NCBI GenBank assembly: GCA_964394645.1
Contig: CAYMYC010000005.1
Location: 1 to 63,113 of the forward strand
Length of the DNA: 63,113 nucleotides
DNA from: an uncultured Gammaproteobacteria bacterium
GTDB lineage: Bacteria > Patescibacteriota > Microgenomatia > Levybacterales > GWA1-39-11
Reading direction: 5' to 3'
This document shows, piece by piece, positions 29,529 through 39,373 of this stretch; position 1 is the first letter of the stretch, and each line of letters begins with the position of its first letter. Made by a program: the position numbers and the translations under genes. The notes beneath the pieces were generated by a model that was not told the DNA's origin, ran no database searches, and saw only the letters and a program-made list of their open reading frames with translations.

Positions 29529-30806
29529 TTATGCCTCAGCCTGAGCAAGTATAGGCTCCGGAACCTCCTGAAGTCGGGACTTATTATATTTTTCCTGATG
29601 AAAATTTCTTTGCTTACGAGAAAAATAGAACCAAACAGCTGCAAAAAAAACAATTGCCGCTCCTATTCTTATTGCGTTTTCGGGACCTAAATATTCTGAT
29701 ACAAATCCTATTTGGAAATTTCCAAAAGGTAATAATCCAATAAATGAAAGAATGTAGATACTCAATACGCGTCCTCTAAATTTATCCTCAACTGAGTGCT
29801 GAACCGAAGCATTTATATTCGCAAAAGCGGATAACAACCCTACTCCTGATAAAAAAAGAAATGGTAATGCAAACAAAAAACTTTTAGCAAAGGTGAAGCC
29901 AAAAATTGATACCGCATACAATAGTGTCCCCCCCACAATAAATGCTGTTCCGCTTATCTTTTTACTCAACGCTGAAATTAAGAATGTAGCTATTAGCGCT
30001 CCTACCCCTGCAACTGCATATAAATATCCCAATGTTGCTGCGTTTGCATGCAATGTGTTTTTTGCAATATACGGCATAATAGTTGTATATGACCATCCGA
30101 ATATAGAAATTATAGCTGCTAAGGTGATAAGTGTTCGTATCGTTGGATGAGAAAATGTATAAAAAAGTCCTTCTTTGATTGCTTGAATAGGATGAGGATG
30201 TTCAATTTTTTTCTTAGCCTCTGTTTTTATCAAATAAGTACTAATAATTGCTGCTATGTATGTGATTGAATTTACCAGGAATGCTCCACCTGATCCAAAG
30301 AGCGCTATAAGAACTCCCGCAACTCCTGGACCTATTATTCTAGCTGCATTAAAAATACCTGCATTTAACGCAATTGCTGAAGATAAATTCTCACGCTCAA
30401 CTAGTTCTACTGTAAATGCCTGTCTTGCTGGAAAATCAATTGCAGAAACAACTCCCAATAAAAATGCTAGAAGCATAATTGACCAAATATCAATAATATG
30501 AAGTACCGTTAATACTCCATATATACCAGCTAAAACCATTGCCGCAAATTGTGTTATCAGTAAAATTTTTTTGGTTGAAAATCTATCAATTATCACCCCA
30601 CCAAATAGAGAAAAGAAAAGGGTTGGAAGTGTTGCACAGGCTGCTACAACTCCTATGAGAAAGGCGGAGTTGGTAAGAGTTAATACGAGCCACCCCTCCG
30701 CCACAACCTGAAGCCATGTTCCAGCAAGAGATATTAACTGTCCTATAAAATAGTATCTGTAATTTTTACTTTTAAATGCAGGGAAAAGAATAAGCACTTT
30801 TTTCAT
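29529..30806 (-). CDS. MFS transporter (EntS/MFS_3-like)
   Basis: GQLISLAGTWLQ, FNAARIIGP, FRGRVLS. Confidence 0.9.
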   Translation of the reverse strand: MKKVLILFPAFKSKNYRYYFIGQLISLAGTWLQVVAEGWLVLTLTNSAFLIGVVAACATLPTLFFSLFGGVIIDRFSTKKILLITQFAAMVLAGIYGVLTVLHIIDIWSIMLLAFLLGVVSAIDFPARQAFTVELVERENLSSAIALNAGIFNAARIIGPGVAGVLIALFGSGGAFLVNSITYIAAIISTYLIKTEAKKKIEHPHPIQAIKEGLFYTFSHPTIRTLITLAAIISIFGWSYTTIMPYIAKNTLHANAATLGYLYAVAGVGALIATFLISALSKKISGTAFIVGGTLLYAVSIFGFTFAKSFLFALPFLFLSGVGLLSAFANINASVQHSVEDKFRGRVLSIYILSFIGLLPFGNFQIGFVSEYLGPENAIRIGAAIVFFAAVWFYFSRKQRNFHQEKYNKSRLQEVPEPILAQAEA

Positions 30807-30861
30807 GAAGAAAATATTGTATCATGTTTTTTTATATTCGATCCACTGGTATAATATACTT

Positions 30862-31392
30862 ATGGCTGAAAACTATCAAAAAATATATTTTAAACCAACT
30901 CCATTTGAAAACGCTCCACCTAAACACGCTCCTTTAGTGCACTTATTAAAAGACACGGTGTATGATTTTTTTGATGAACTTCCAGATGGAATTAAGGAAA
31001 GAATTAATATTATCGAAAAACAGGACGTAAAAAAAAGAGGGATACAGGAAAAGGCATTTTACATAGACATTGATAAAAACACAAATGATAAGACCTACAA
31101 ATTAGCTTATCAAAACTCTGATGCACCATTTTCTCTCTTTCATCCAAATACGTTTATTCGAGTAGGAGTTGCTATACAAAAAGATCAATCTGTACTCTCA
31201 CTTCGTATCCATGGAAAACTTGAAAATACAGAAGATTTTACGGAAATAGACGATTACAAAACTGTAGGGCAACGTGGAAATGAAATTACTACGCTTACTA
31301 TAAAAACCAATAATAAACCGTTGGAAGAATTAGGGAAAAAACTAACAAGCACTTTGGGGAATCTTGTACCCTACCTTGCTAAATCACGATAA
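30862..31392 (+). CDS. hypothetical protein
   Basis: ORF; TATAAT lies 6 nt before the ATG. Confidence 0.55.
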   Translation: MAENYQKIYFKPTPFENAPPKHAPLVHLLKDTVYDFFDELPDGIKERINIIEKQDVKKRGIQEKAFYIDIDKNTNDKTYKLAYQNSDAPFSLFHPNTFIRVGVAIQKDQSVLSLRIHGKLENTEDFTEIDDYKTVGQRGNEITTLTIKTNNKPLEELGKKLTSTLGNLVPYLAKSR

Positions 31393-32136
31393 TTACTCTG
31401 CAGGAGTTTCTCCATATACTTCAACTTCTGTACCTTGATTTGCCTCTGTAGTCTTTGAATTCCATCCTGTTGTTTGTGGATCTGCCCATGCAAATAGTTG
31501 TCCTGCATCAGCGATTCTCATATTTACACAACCGTGACTCATTGGGTGTCCAAAATTGTTATGCCAATATGCCCCATGGATACTATAGCCTGCTCCCCGC
31601 GGAACTTCTGCGTTTGAATAAAACATGGTATAGGGAACATTTGGCAAATTATAGTAATCTGCTCCACTACCTCCCGCCATCCGCGTGTATAATAATTTCA
31701 CCCAAATATTAAATGTGCCTGTTGGTGTTTTATTCCATTTTCCTGTCGAAACAGGAAAATCCATGATGATCTGATCTCCTTCATACGCATACAATCGCTG
31801 ACTTGACAGATCAACTTTAATCTTTTTCTCTCCACTTGTCTCACCCAATACGTTTTTTGAGGGATTTGTGTAGGCAAGGGCAACTTGAACCGGAACCATA
31901 AATTTTCTACCAGAAAAAACTCCTGTCGTAGCATTTTTATCATATTTTCCCGATAAATCATGAATGCAGGAAATGGAGTTAGCACAAAATTTTTCCTGAG
32001 TAAAAAAAGTGAGACTTAAAACACCAAACAACAGTACAAGTGCCCCTCCTAAAAACAAAACAATCACTTTTCGAGTTCTTAAAATTTTTTTCTTAGATTT
32101 ATGGATTGTTTTTTTGTGAGAGGATTTTTTAGACAT
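31393..32136 (-). CDS. L,D-transpeptidase (YkuD family)
   Basis: VDLSSQRL, VSTG..TPTG, HGAYWH..SHGCVN. Confidence 0.9.
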   Translation of the reverse strand: MSKKSSHKKTIHKSKKKILRTRKVIVLFLGGALVLLFGVLSLTFFTQEKFCANSISCIHDLSGKYDKNATTGVFSGRKFMVPVQVALAYTNPSKNVLGETSGEKKIKVDLSSQRLYAYEGDQIIMDFPVSTGKWNKTPTGTFNIWVKLLYTRMAGGSGADYYNLPNVPYTMFYSNAEVPRGAGYSIHGAYWHNNFGHPMSHGCVNMRIADAGQLFAWADPQTTGWNSKTTEANQGTEVEVYGETPAE

Positions 32137-32315
32137 AATTTATAATATGGAAAAAACACTAGGATTGTAAAGATGCAATTTTTAACGTAACCACAACTTG
32201 ACTTTCGCTCAATTTTATGCTATATTATAGGTCTACTATCTAGCCTCACTTGAGGCTTTTTCAGCCTCATATATATCGTATATTCCAACCGGTGTGAGAA
32301 TACTTCTTACAACGT

Positions 32316-33014
32316 TTGAAATATATGAAAAATGCACTAACTATACTTACTGCCTTTCTCTTTGTGGGTAACACCCTGTTTACAAGCGTGCCTGCGCTAG
32401 AACCGCTTAAGGCTGAGGCTGTTGCTAGTCGTAGTATAAGCCTTGAAAATAGAGCTGCTCCTAAATCCCTCATGAATGAGGTTATGAAGGATAATATTTT
32501 GCTTACTCTTTCTTACATGCGTGGAATGCCTGTTTCAGCTTCACCAGACTGGGAAGCCGTGCGTAAGCCTTTTGATTTTAGTTTTGAGCTTAAACCTGGG
32601 GAGACCTACGCTTTCCAAAAAGATTCACTTCCCGAGTATAAAAACTCCGTAGCAAAAACTATTGATGTTAACTTTGCAGAGCAAGATGGCTATAAGCATG
32701 ACGGGTATCTTATGGGGGACGGAGTGTGTCATTTGGCATCACTTATCTACTGGACCGCAAAAGACGCAGGTCTTAAATCTACAGCTCCTACCAACCATGA
32801 TTTTATGGCTATACCTGAAATTCCACGCGAATACGGTGTTTCTATCTATTCTATGCCTGGAAATCCTGAGGCTAACTCTCAACAAAACTTGTATGTGAAA
32901 AACAACGAACCAGACACAATTAAGCTTGGGTTTAAATATGATGGTAAAAAAATTGAAGTAAGGGTAATCTCAGAAAAAACTGCCAGCTCTATTTTAACCC
33001 AGACAATAATCTAA
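32316..33014 (+). CDS. VanW family exported protein
   Basis: GDGVCHLASLIY and NL..KNN. Confidence 0.7.
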   Translation: MKYMKNALTILTAFLFVGNTLFTSVPALEPLKAEAVASRSISLENRAAPKSLMNEVMKDNILLTLSYMRGMPVSASPDWEAVRKPFDFSFELKPGETYAFQKDSLPEYKNSVAKTIDVNFAEQDGYKHDGYLMGDGVCHLASLIYWTAKDAGLKSTAPTNHDFMAIPEIPREYGVSIYSMPGNPEANSQQNLYVKNNEPDTIKLGFKYDGKKIEVRVISEKTASSILTQTII

Positions 33015-33037
33015 TCATATCCCAAATTTGGAGAAAA

Positions 33038-33688
33038 TTATCTAACCCGCCTCGTAGGTCGTGACACTTCTTTCTTCTCAACATCTGGTCGAGTTAACCT
33101 ATCTAATAATGCATCGAAGTGTCTATAGTCCTCCATGGTCACTTCCCTCCTCCATTCTGCCCAAGACTTTGCCGGTACACCATCTGAATCGTATATCAAA
33201 CGTGACCTGCTACTTCTTTCTATAGATTCTACACGAGCATTATTTGATCTATCAGGTAAAATTAATTGTATTCCTAAAACAGGAATTATTACTGTGAGAT
33301 CATCATTTTTATAACCTTGTTCCCTGCCTAATCCTTTACACACCTGCACCGTAACAGAATTATCAGCTGAAGAACCTGGGATAACATAACGGTTGTAGAA
33401 ATAAACCGAATCATCCTTCATATCAAGCCTCATCTCATTCATAATCTTCCCCATGTCAAGATTGATTGGGTCGGTTTTAAACGCTTTCTCTATCTGTTCC
33501 TGTGTCCTATTAACTTTTGGTTGAACAGGGGGAATACCCAAGAGATCTTCAACTCTTACTTTTAATTCAGGGATATGGGTACGAGCTTCATCAATACTCG
33601 CTTTTAAATCAAATTGCTCCTGTTTCTTTTTACGAGCCGCTTCAAGAAGAAATACTTGCTCTTGCGTATGTTTTGGTTTTTCTGACAT
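33038..33688 (-). CDS. hypothetical protein
   Basis: ORF only. Confidence 0.55.
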   Translation of the reverse strand: MSEKPKHTQEQVFLLEAARKKKQEQFDLKASIDEARTHIPELKVRVEDLLGIPPVQPKVNRTQEQIEKAFKTDPINLDMGKIMNEMRLDMKDDSVYFYNRYVIPGSSADNSVTVQVCKGLGREQGYKNDDLTVIIPVLGIQLILPDRSNNARVESIERSSRSRLIYDSDGVPAKSWAEWRREVTMEDYRHFDALLDRLTRPDVEKKEVSRPTRRVR

Positions 33689-33795
33689 ATCTTTGGGGCA
33701 AGATATGCTGATAATACAATTCCATCTATTCCTTGTCAAGAGAAAAAAACAATACTAACTGCAAAACCAGTATAGTTTTCAGGATTAAGAAAGCT

Positions 33796-33816
33796 AATTG
33801 AGGTTCAACCTCAATT
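33796..33816 (-). terminator. hairpin downstream of purB
   Basis: AATTGAGG-TTCAA-CCTCAATT stem. Confidence 0.45.
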
Positions 33817-33882
33817 GAGGCTGAAAAAATGTCACTTCAATACCTCATGTATTTGTTGTGGAGCAATTTGATACACAAACTT

Positions 33883-35349
33883 TTATATTTTTTTTGGAAC
33901 ACCCTTTGCCAACTCTACAGCATAACCAAGATAAGTCTCCGGTGTTAGTTTTTTCAAGTAATCCTTATGATCCTTACTAACTGGTAGATTATCAATTAAT
34001 TCATGCCATTGCTCTTGCCCCATATGATTACCTCTCACTAATTGCTTCATTAATTCATAAGGATCTGCAACATCAGTAAATGCTCGTAAATAAACCTGCA
34101 CTGGCTCGCTCAATATGGTCCAATCATTTTTAAGAACATCTTTCATTACCGAAGCGTTTATCGCAGTTTTTGGAAAGCCTTCAAGTATTGAAGCATAACC
34201 TACAGTTGCAAGCCCTAAAGCCAAACCAACGTTTCTTATCTGAGTACTATCTCTCAAATCTCTTTGAAATCGGGATCTAGGAAGTCTACGCGCGAATCCC
34301 TCCATGAGGTCAGTTGCCTCCTCCAAATTTCCCTCACTCTTTTCAAAATCAATTGGATTAACTTTTTGTGGCATTGCAGAAGATCCTGCCTCGCCTGATT
34401 TTGGTATCTGAACAATCCAATTATCCGAAATGTAGTGCCACATATCATCGTCTAAACCTACAAGTATGTTATTAATTCTAGTATAGTTTTGCAGATACTC
34501 TGCAACATCATCATAGGGGTTTATCTGCGTTGTCATGTCATTTGGAGTAAGCCCAAGAGACTCTACAAAATCCCTTGAAAAGTTAATCCAGTCTTTTTCA
34601 GGATGAACATACCTCATAGAACTCCAATTCCCCACTGCACCATTCAGCTTTCCAGTCAAACGTTGCTCTGCTAACTTTTTCACCTGCTTCCTTAGCCGTT
34701 CTTGGAAAACACCAAACTCTTTTCCAGCTGTAGTAGGTCCGGCAGCCTGACCATGCGTTCGTGCCTCCTCAACAGTTTCTGCGTGCTCTTGTCTCACGTT
34801 CCCAATGTTAGAGTCAAGATTATCCAAGATTGGAAGAATGACTGCATGGGTTGCCCGCATCAAGTTAAGTCTGAAAGTGAGATTATTTTTATCATCTGAG
34901 GTCAAAAAAATATCATTAAATTCTGAAAGATCCGCTAGTGAGGTCTTACTGAATTTTTTCTTCATATGTAAGCGCAGTGCCACAACGTCATGATTAGTCT
35001 TCCTTTCAAAAGCCTTAACATCTTCCACATCAGCCTCAGTCATCTTCTCGCCAAAAGTATTTAGCGTTTCTATTTCTTCCGCTGTTAATGCGCGAGGAAG
35101 CACTCCGCCCAATTTATCTAACGCAATAAGATATTTCCCTGATATTTCTGCCCTAGTGGTGAATGTAGCAAACTCTGAAAAATAAGGAGCTATTGATTTG
35201 GTTAAACGACGATCCCGCCCATCAACCGTTGACAGGGCGAATAATTTATTGTCAGGAATCTGATCTACATGCGGAGATGGTGGAATATAGAGTCCTGGTA
35301 GTCTTTCAGAGGTTGCCATTTTTTCTTTACTTTTTTGGGCGGGTTTCAT
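33883..35349 (-). CDS. purB: adenylosuccinate lyase
   Basis: TNHDV, ARTHGQ, GSSAMPQKVNPIDFE, RFQRDLRDST. Confidence 0.92.
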   Translation of the reverse strand: MKPAQKSKEKMATSERLPGLYIPPSPHVDQIPDNKLFALSTVDGRDRRLTKSIAPYFSEFATFTTRAEISGKYLIALDKLGGVLPRALTAEEIETLNTFGEKMTEADVEDVKAFERKTNHDVVALRLHMKKKFSKTSLADLSEFNDIFLTSDDKNNLTFRLNLMRATHAVILPILDNLDSNIGNVRQEHAETVEEARTHGQAAGPTTAGKEFGVFQERLRKQVKKLAEQRLTGKLNGAVGNWSSMRYVHPEKDWINFSRDFVESLGLTPNDMTTQINPYDDVAEYLQNYTRINNILVGLDDDMWHYISDNWIVQIPKSGEAGSSAMPQKVNPIDFEKSEGNLEEATDLMEGFARRLPRSRFQRDLRDSTQIRNVGLALGLATVGYASILEGFPKTAINASVMKDVLKNDWTILSEPVQVYLRAFTDVADPYELMKQLVRGNHMGQEQWHELIDNLPVSKDHKDYLKKLTPETYLGYAVELAKGVPKKI

Positions 35350-35431
35350 TTGTGATTATACTGAATTGTTAACTTTTGTCAATATTTAATGTTATTAGAG
35401 CTAACCGATAACTACCTTACTGAAAGTTGGA

Positions 35432-36040
35432 CTAATACTCTCTTCTTCCTTCAAGTGCGCGGTCAAGCGTTGTCTCGTCAGCATATTCTATATCCGCTCC
35501 TATAGGAAGTCCGTGACCTATGCGCGTGAGTTTTATCCCGTCAACCCTTTCCTTTAATTTTCTTACTATATACATGGCAGTGGCTTCTCCTTCCATGGTG
35601 GGATTTGTTGCAAAAATAATCTCCTCAAGCTCATTTCCTAATGTTTTTACTCTGCTTAATAACTGCGGGATGTATATGTCATCCGGACCTATACTGTTGA
35701 GCGGATCTACAACACCATGGAGAACGTGATACACACCTCTATATTTTCCGCTTCGTTCAATTGCCAAGACGTCCAGTGCGTCCTCAACTACACAAATAGT
35801 TCCTTTATCCCGTCCCGGATCGGAACAAATAAAACACGGGTCTATATCTCCAATGTTATAGCACAATGAACATAAAACTGTTTCTTTCTTTAGATGTACT
35901 AAATCATTAGCAAACTGTTCCAAGTTGCTCTGGGGAACATGAAGCAAATAAAACGCGAGTCTTTGGGCAGATTTTGGTCCAACGCCAGGCAGGCGCTCAA
36001 AATCTTCTATAACGCGCGAAAGAGCTTTAGGTAGTCTCAT
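35432..36040 (-). CDS. recR: recombination protein RecR
   Basis: LPGVGPKSAQRLA, C4 zinc finger, YHVLHG, EGEATA, EYADETTL. Confidence 0.95.
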   Translation of the reverse strand: MRLPKALSRVIEDFERLPGVGPKSAQRLAFYLLHVPQSNLEQFANDLVHLKKETVLCSLCYNIGDIDPCFICSDPGRDKGTICVVEDALDVLAIERSGKYRGVYHVLHGVVDPLNSIGPDDIYIPQLLSRVKTLGNELEEIIFATNPTMEGEATAMYIVRKLKERVDGIKLTRIGHGLPIGADIEYADETTLDRALEGRREY

Positions 36041-36146
36041 AACGGTAACCATTATATAACAAATAACCAACACATATATTCCATTAAAATTAAATCAAGA
36101 GTTCACAAACTCACATTCCTAAAAACTCATCACTTCCCTCCCCTTG

Positions 36147-36170
36147 AAACCGTGGACTAGTCCACGGACA
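36147..36170. promoter_or_regulatory. 24-bp site with perfect 18-bp palindrome CCGTGGACTAGTCCACGG (copy 1)
   Basis: Exact reverse complement of 37312-37335. Confidence 0.7.
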
Positions 36171-36216
36171 TTTATGAAATTAATAGGCAAATATAGGAGA
36201 TTAACGAGGGGAAAAA

Positions 36217-36774
36217 TTATACTTTCATAAGCTCTTCTTCTTTTTGAAATGCGAGATCATCAATTTCTTTTATATAGTGGTCAGTTAAGCGCTGTATCTC
36301 TTTTTCAACACGTACTATCTCGTCCTCTGAAATCTCTTGTTTCTCCAGTTTTTTTGCGTCTTCCATACCGTCATGTCTTATTTGCCTCATCATGACTTTC
36401 CCCTGCTCTCCTTTTTGTTTTATCATTTTGACAAATTCACGTCGCCTATCCTCAGACAATGGAGGTAGATTTATCCGAAGAAAATTTCCATCTATTATTG
36501 GATTTATTCCAATCTTTGCGTCTTGTATCCCGTGTTCAATCTCACCGATAACACTGTGATCAAAAGGTGTAAGTACGAGTGTATGTGCATCCTGTACATG
36601 AATTGTTGCAAGCTCCATCACTCTAAGAGGCGTCGCTCCGCCATATGCTTTAATAATTATATTCTCAACAAGAGATGGAGACGCCTTTCCCGTTCTAACG
36701 CTAGCAAAATCCATCCTGACGGAATCCAATGCTTTTTGCATTTTTTGCTTCACCTCGGGGGTAATTATATCCAT
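36217..36774 (-). CDS. frr: ribosome recycling factor
   Basis: VRTGKASPSL, YGGATPL, LPPLSEDRR, IRQ/IRHD. Confidence 0.95.
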   Translation of the reverse strand: MDIITPEVKQKMQKALDSVRMDFASVRTGKASPSLVENIIIKAYGGATPLRVMELATIHVQDAHTLVLTPFDHSVIGEIEHGIQDAKIGINPIIDGNFLRINLPPLSEDRRREFVKMIKQKGEQGKVMMRQIRHDGMEDAKKLEKQEISEDEIVRVEKEIQRLTDHYIKEIDDLAFQKEEELMKV

Positions 36775-36897
36775 AATAATATCTATGAGGATAACAAAAC
36801 ATCATCTAATAATCAATCATCACTTCCCTATTCAAGCATATTTGGCTACCCTCCTGATGTAGACTAGTCAATAGGCACATACGACATAGTGCAAGAA

Positions 36898-37308
36898 TTA
36901 TCTTTCTATGTCTTTTTTTGTAATCCCTGTATATACCTTTTTCTTCCAAATTAGCGTAGATCCACCCACCTCTTTATATTTCTTTTTTTCATACTCTGTC
37001 TTAACCCTTTTTCCCCTTCTTTCAATGAGCATAAATCCATTTGGATACTTCTCTACTCTTCTCAGTATGTGAGTAACCGTACTCCTACCTACTTTTAACA
37101 GATCGCATATCTCAATATTTGTCATCGAATCTTTGATGCATTCAGCAATCATTATCCTTCTTCCTAATTGAAATTTCTCTTCATCAGTAAATAAAGATTT
37201 CATGATTTCCTCAACCTCATGCCCATCCTTTGCAGCAAGCAAAGCATCCCTCAGCTTATTCCAAGCTGAAAAAATATCGTCTTGTGATATGTCTTTATAT
37301 CTTTTCAT
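36898..37308 (-). CDS. TrpR/YerC-YecD family transcriptional regulator
   Basis: LFTDEEKFQLGRRIMIA..EICDLLKVGRSTVTHI HTH. Confidence 0.75.
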   Translation of the reverse strand: MKRYKDISQDDIFSAWNKLRDALLAAKDGHEVEEIMKSLFTDEEKFQLGRRIMIAECIKDSMTNIEICDLLKVGRSTVTHILRRVEKYPNGFMLIERRGKRVKTEYEKKKYKEVGGSTLIWKKKVYTGITKKDIER

Positions 37309-37311
37309 TAG

Positions 37312-37335
37312 TGTCCGTGGACTAGTCCACGGTTT
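37312..37335. promoter_or_regulatory. 24-bp palindromic site (copy 2), candidate operator of the TrpR-like gene
   Basis: Palindrome 37315-37332 lies 6 nt upstream of the ATG. Confidence 0.7.
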
Positions 37336-37495
37336 GGAATGGAAAAAATGATAAATATTTGGATATTAGTTATTATACTGAAATTATTCTAAGTCGATAA
37401 TGAATTTATACCGAATTTTAAGCGTTCATAGCAAATCCATAAATATATGATCTAGAAATAGCTGCTGAGAACGAAAAATAATAAGTTTTTTGTAT

Positions 37496-38605
37496 TTATT
37501 TAGGAAGTAGACTTTGCCCAGATGCGATACGGATAATATCAAAGAGCGTGATTACAAGCATAAGACCTAAAAGCACCACAAGTCCTGCAGCGTGCGCATA
37601 TGATTCATACTTTGGATTTACTTTCTTGCGAGTTATAGCCTCTATTATGATAAAGAAAAGCCTTCCTCCATCTAGTGCCGGAATGGGTAAAACATTTAAA
37701 ACCGCAAGATTTATAGATAATAACGCGGTAAACCATAAAGTTGCTGTAACACCATATGAAACTGCTTTACCTGTAAGCTGAGCAACGCCAATTGGTCCTG
37801 CAACTCCTTCAGGCTTGTGCCCTTCAAAAACAAGCGTGGATACCATTTGACCTAAACCCGCAACTATCATCCATGAAAATTTAAACGCTTCAATTGTTCC
37901 AAAAAAAGGAGCTTGATACCATGGATATTTTTTAACTTCTATATCCGTTATTCCAACTCCCACTGGACCTTGACCCTTTGGATACTTACTTCTTGGGGTC
38001 AATTGAATATCTCGTAACATTTCACCCCTCTTTATTGTAAGCGCGACTTCTTTCCCTTCGTTTTTTTGAATTGTTTGGATAAATTCTTTTGTAGATAAAA
38101 TCCTTTCATTATTTACTGCTTCCACCACATCTCCAGATAAAAGCCCGCTAGATGCTGCGGGACTATTTTTTAGGACCTCAGTAATTCTGACAGTTGAGGA
38201 AGGAATTGCAACTCCGGTAGTACTAAAGACATAGGAAATAAGCACTACAGCTAAAACAAAATTCATGACTACACCCGCAACAACTACCAAAAATCGCTGC
38301 CATACAGGACGCGCATAAAACGCACGCCCTATATCTTTTGTTAGCAAGTCTTTCCCTGTAGCCTTTTTTACACTTCCACCACCTGCAGCATCTTCACCGT
38401 ATAACTTCACAAATCCTCCAACAGGAAGAAGATTTATGGAATACATAGTCTCTCCTTTTTTTATTCCAAAAACTCTTGGTGGAAATCCAAATCCAAACTC
38501 CTCAACCTTAATTCCAAACTTTTTCGCAGTTAAAAAATGACCGAGCTCATGGATGAGCACTAGAATTGAAAGAATAATAACAAACGCAATGATAGTAATT
38601 AGCAT
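37496..38605 (-). CDS. rseP: RIP metalloprotease RseP (M50, PDZ)
   Basis: HELGH, PDZ domain, NVLPIPALDGG. Confidence 0.92.
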   Translation of the reverse strand: MLITIIAFVIILSILVLIHELGHFLTAKKFGIKVEEFGFGFPPRVFGIKKGETMYSINLLPVGGFVKLYGEDAAGGGSVKKATGKDLLTKDIGRAFYARPVWQRFLVVVAGVVMNFVLAVVLISYVFSTTGVAIPSSTVRITEVLKNSPAASSGLLSGDVVEAVNNERILSTKEFIQTIQKNEGKEVALTIKRGEMLRDIQLTPRSKYPKGQGPVGVGITDIEVKKYPWYQAPFFGTIEAFKFSWMIVAGLGQMVSTLVFEGHKPEGVAGPIGVAQLTGKAVSYGVTATLWFTALLSINLAVLNVLPIPALDGGRLFFIIIEAITRKKVNPKYESYAHAAGLVVLLGLMLVITLFDIIRIASGQSLLPK

Positions 38606-38649
38606 TATTGAAATATTATACACAAGAAATAAAACGTAAAGAAGAGGTA

Positions 38650-38892
38650 TTAATGATTGTTGGTAAAATCAATCTTACCGTTTGGCTGAATGGTAAATTC
38701 TGGAACATCTAACAGGATTTCATGTGGTTGAGCTTCTTTTGACTGCTCAGGTTTTTTTCCAATTCTCTTCTGTTGCATCTTAATTAACTTCCTGTTTCTC
38801 TTCATTTCTTCAATTACACCTTTACTGTGAGAAGCACTAAGTTCACTTTTAAAACCCATGTATGAACTAATTTGTTCGTTGCGCTTTCCCAT
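38650..38892 (-). CDS. hypothetical protein
   Basis: ORF only. Confidence 0.5.
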   Translation of the reverse strand: MGKRNEQISSYMGFKSELSASHSKGVIEEMKRNRKLIKMQQKRIGKKPEQSKEAQPHEILLDVPEFTIQPNGKIDFTNNH

Positions 38893-38896
38893 ATAT

Positions 38897-39355
38897 CTAT
38901 TCCCTCCCCAACTCTACGCGAGAGAAACGACCAAGAATAATATTTTCGCCTAATTTTGCTACAGCCTCTTTTATTAGAACTTCTATAGTTTTTGAGGAAT
39001 CTCTTATATACTCCTGCTCAAGTAATTCATTCGTGTTCTTCGGATTCATGGAAGATATTTGAAGGGCAATCTCATGTGACAATGTCTTAAATTCATCAGT
39101 GCGTGCAACAAAGTCAGTCTCGCAAAGAAGTTCCACTAAAACTCCAATTCTTCCTGCATGTACATAAGAATCTATCAGTCCTGAATTGGTTGCACGATCA
39201 CCTTTTTTTGCTGCCTTTTCAAAACCTTTTTTCTGAAGAATCTCTTCTGCTTTTTTCAGATCTCCCTTGGACTCCTCAATAGCCTCTCTACAGTCCGCAA
39301 TGCCTGCGCCTGTTTTTTCACGTAATTCTTTTATAAGTTTTGTATCAACAGCCAT
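38897..39355 (-). CDS. tsf: elongation factor Ts (short form)
   Basis: IKELREKTGAG..C, ELLCETDFVAR, KLGENI. Confidence 0.95.
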   Translation of the reverse strand: MAVDTKLIKELREKTGAGIADCREAIEESKGDLKKAEEILQKKGFEKAAKKGDRATNSGLIDSYVHAGRIGVLVELLCETDFVARTDEFKTLSHEIALQISSMNPKNTNELLEQEYIRDSSKTIEVLIKEAVAKLGENIILGRFSRVELGRE

Positions 39356-39373
39356 AGTATAGGTATAAAATGA

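Noticed and set aside
38897-39355. 152-aa EF-Ts as a truncated pseudogene
   Set aside because: Short EF-Ts forms are known in several bacterial lineages, and the start, motifs and C-terminus are intact.
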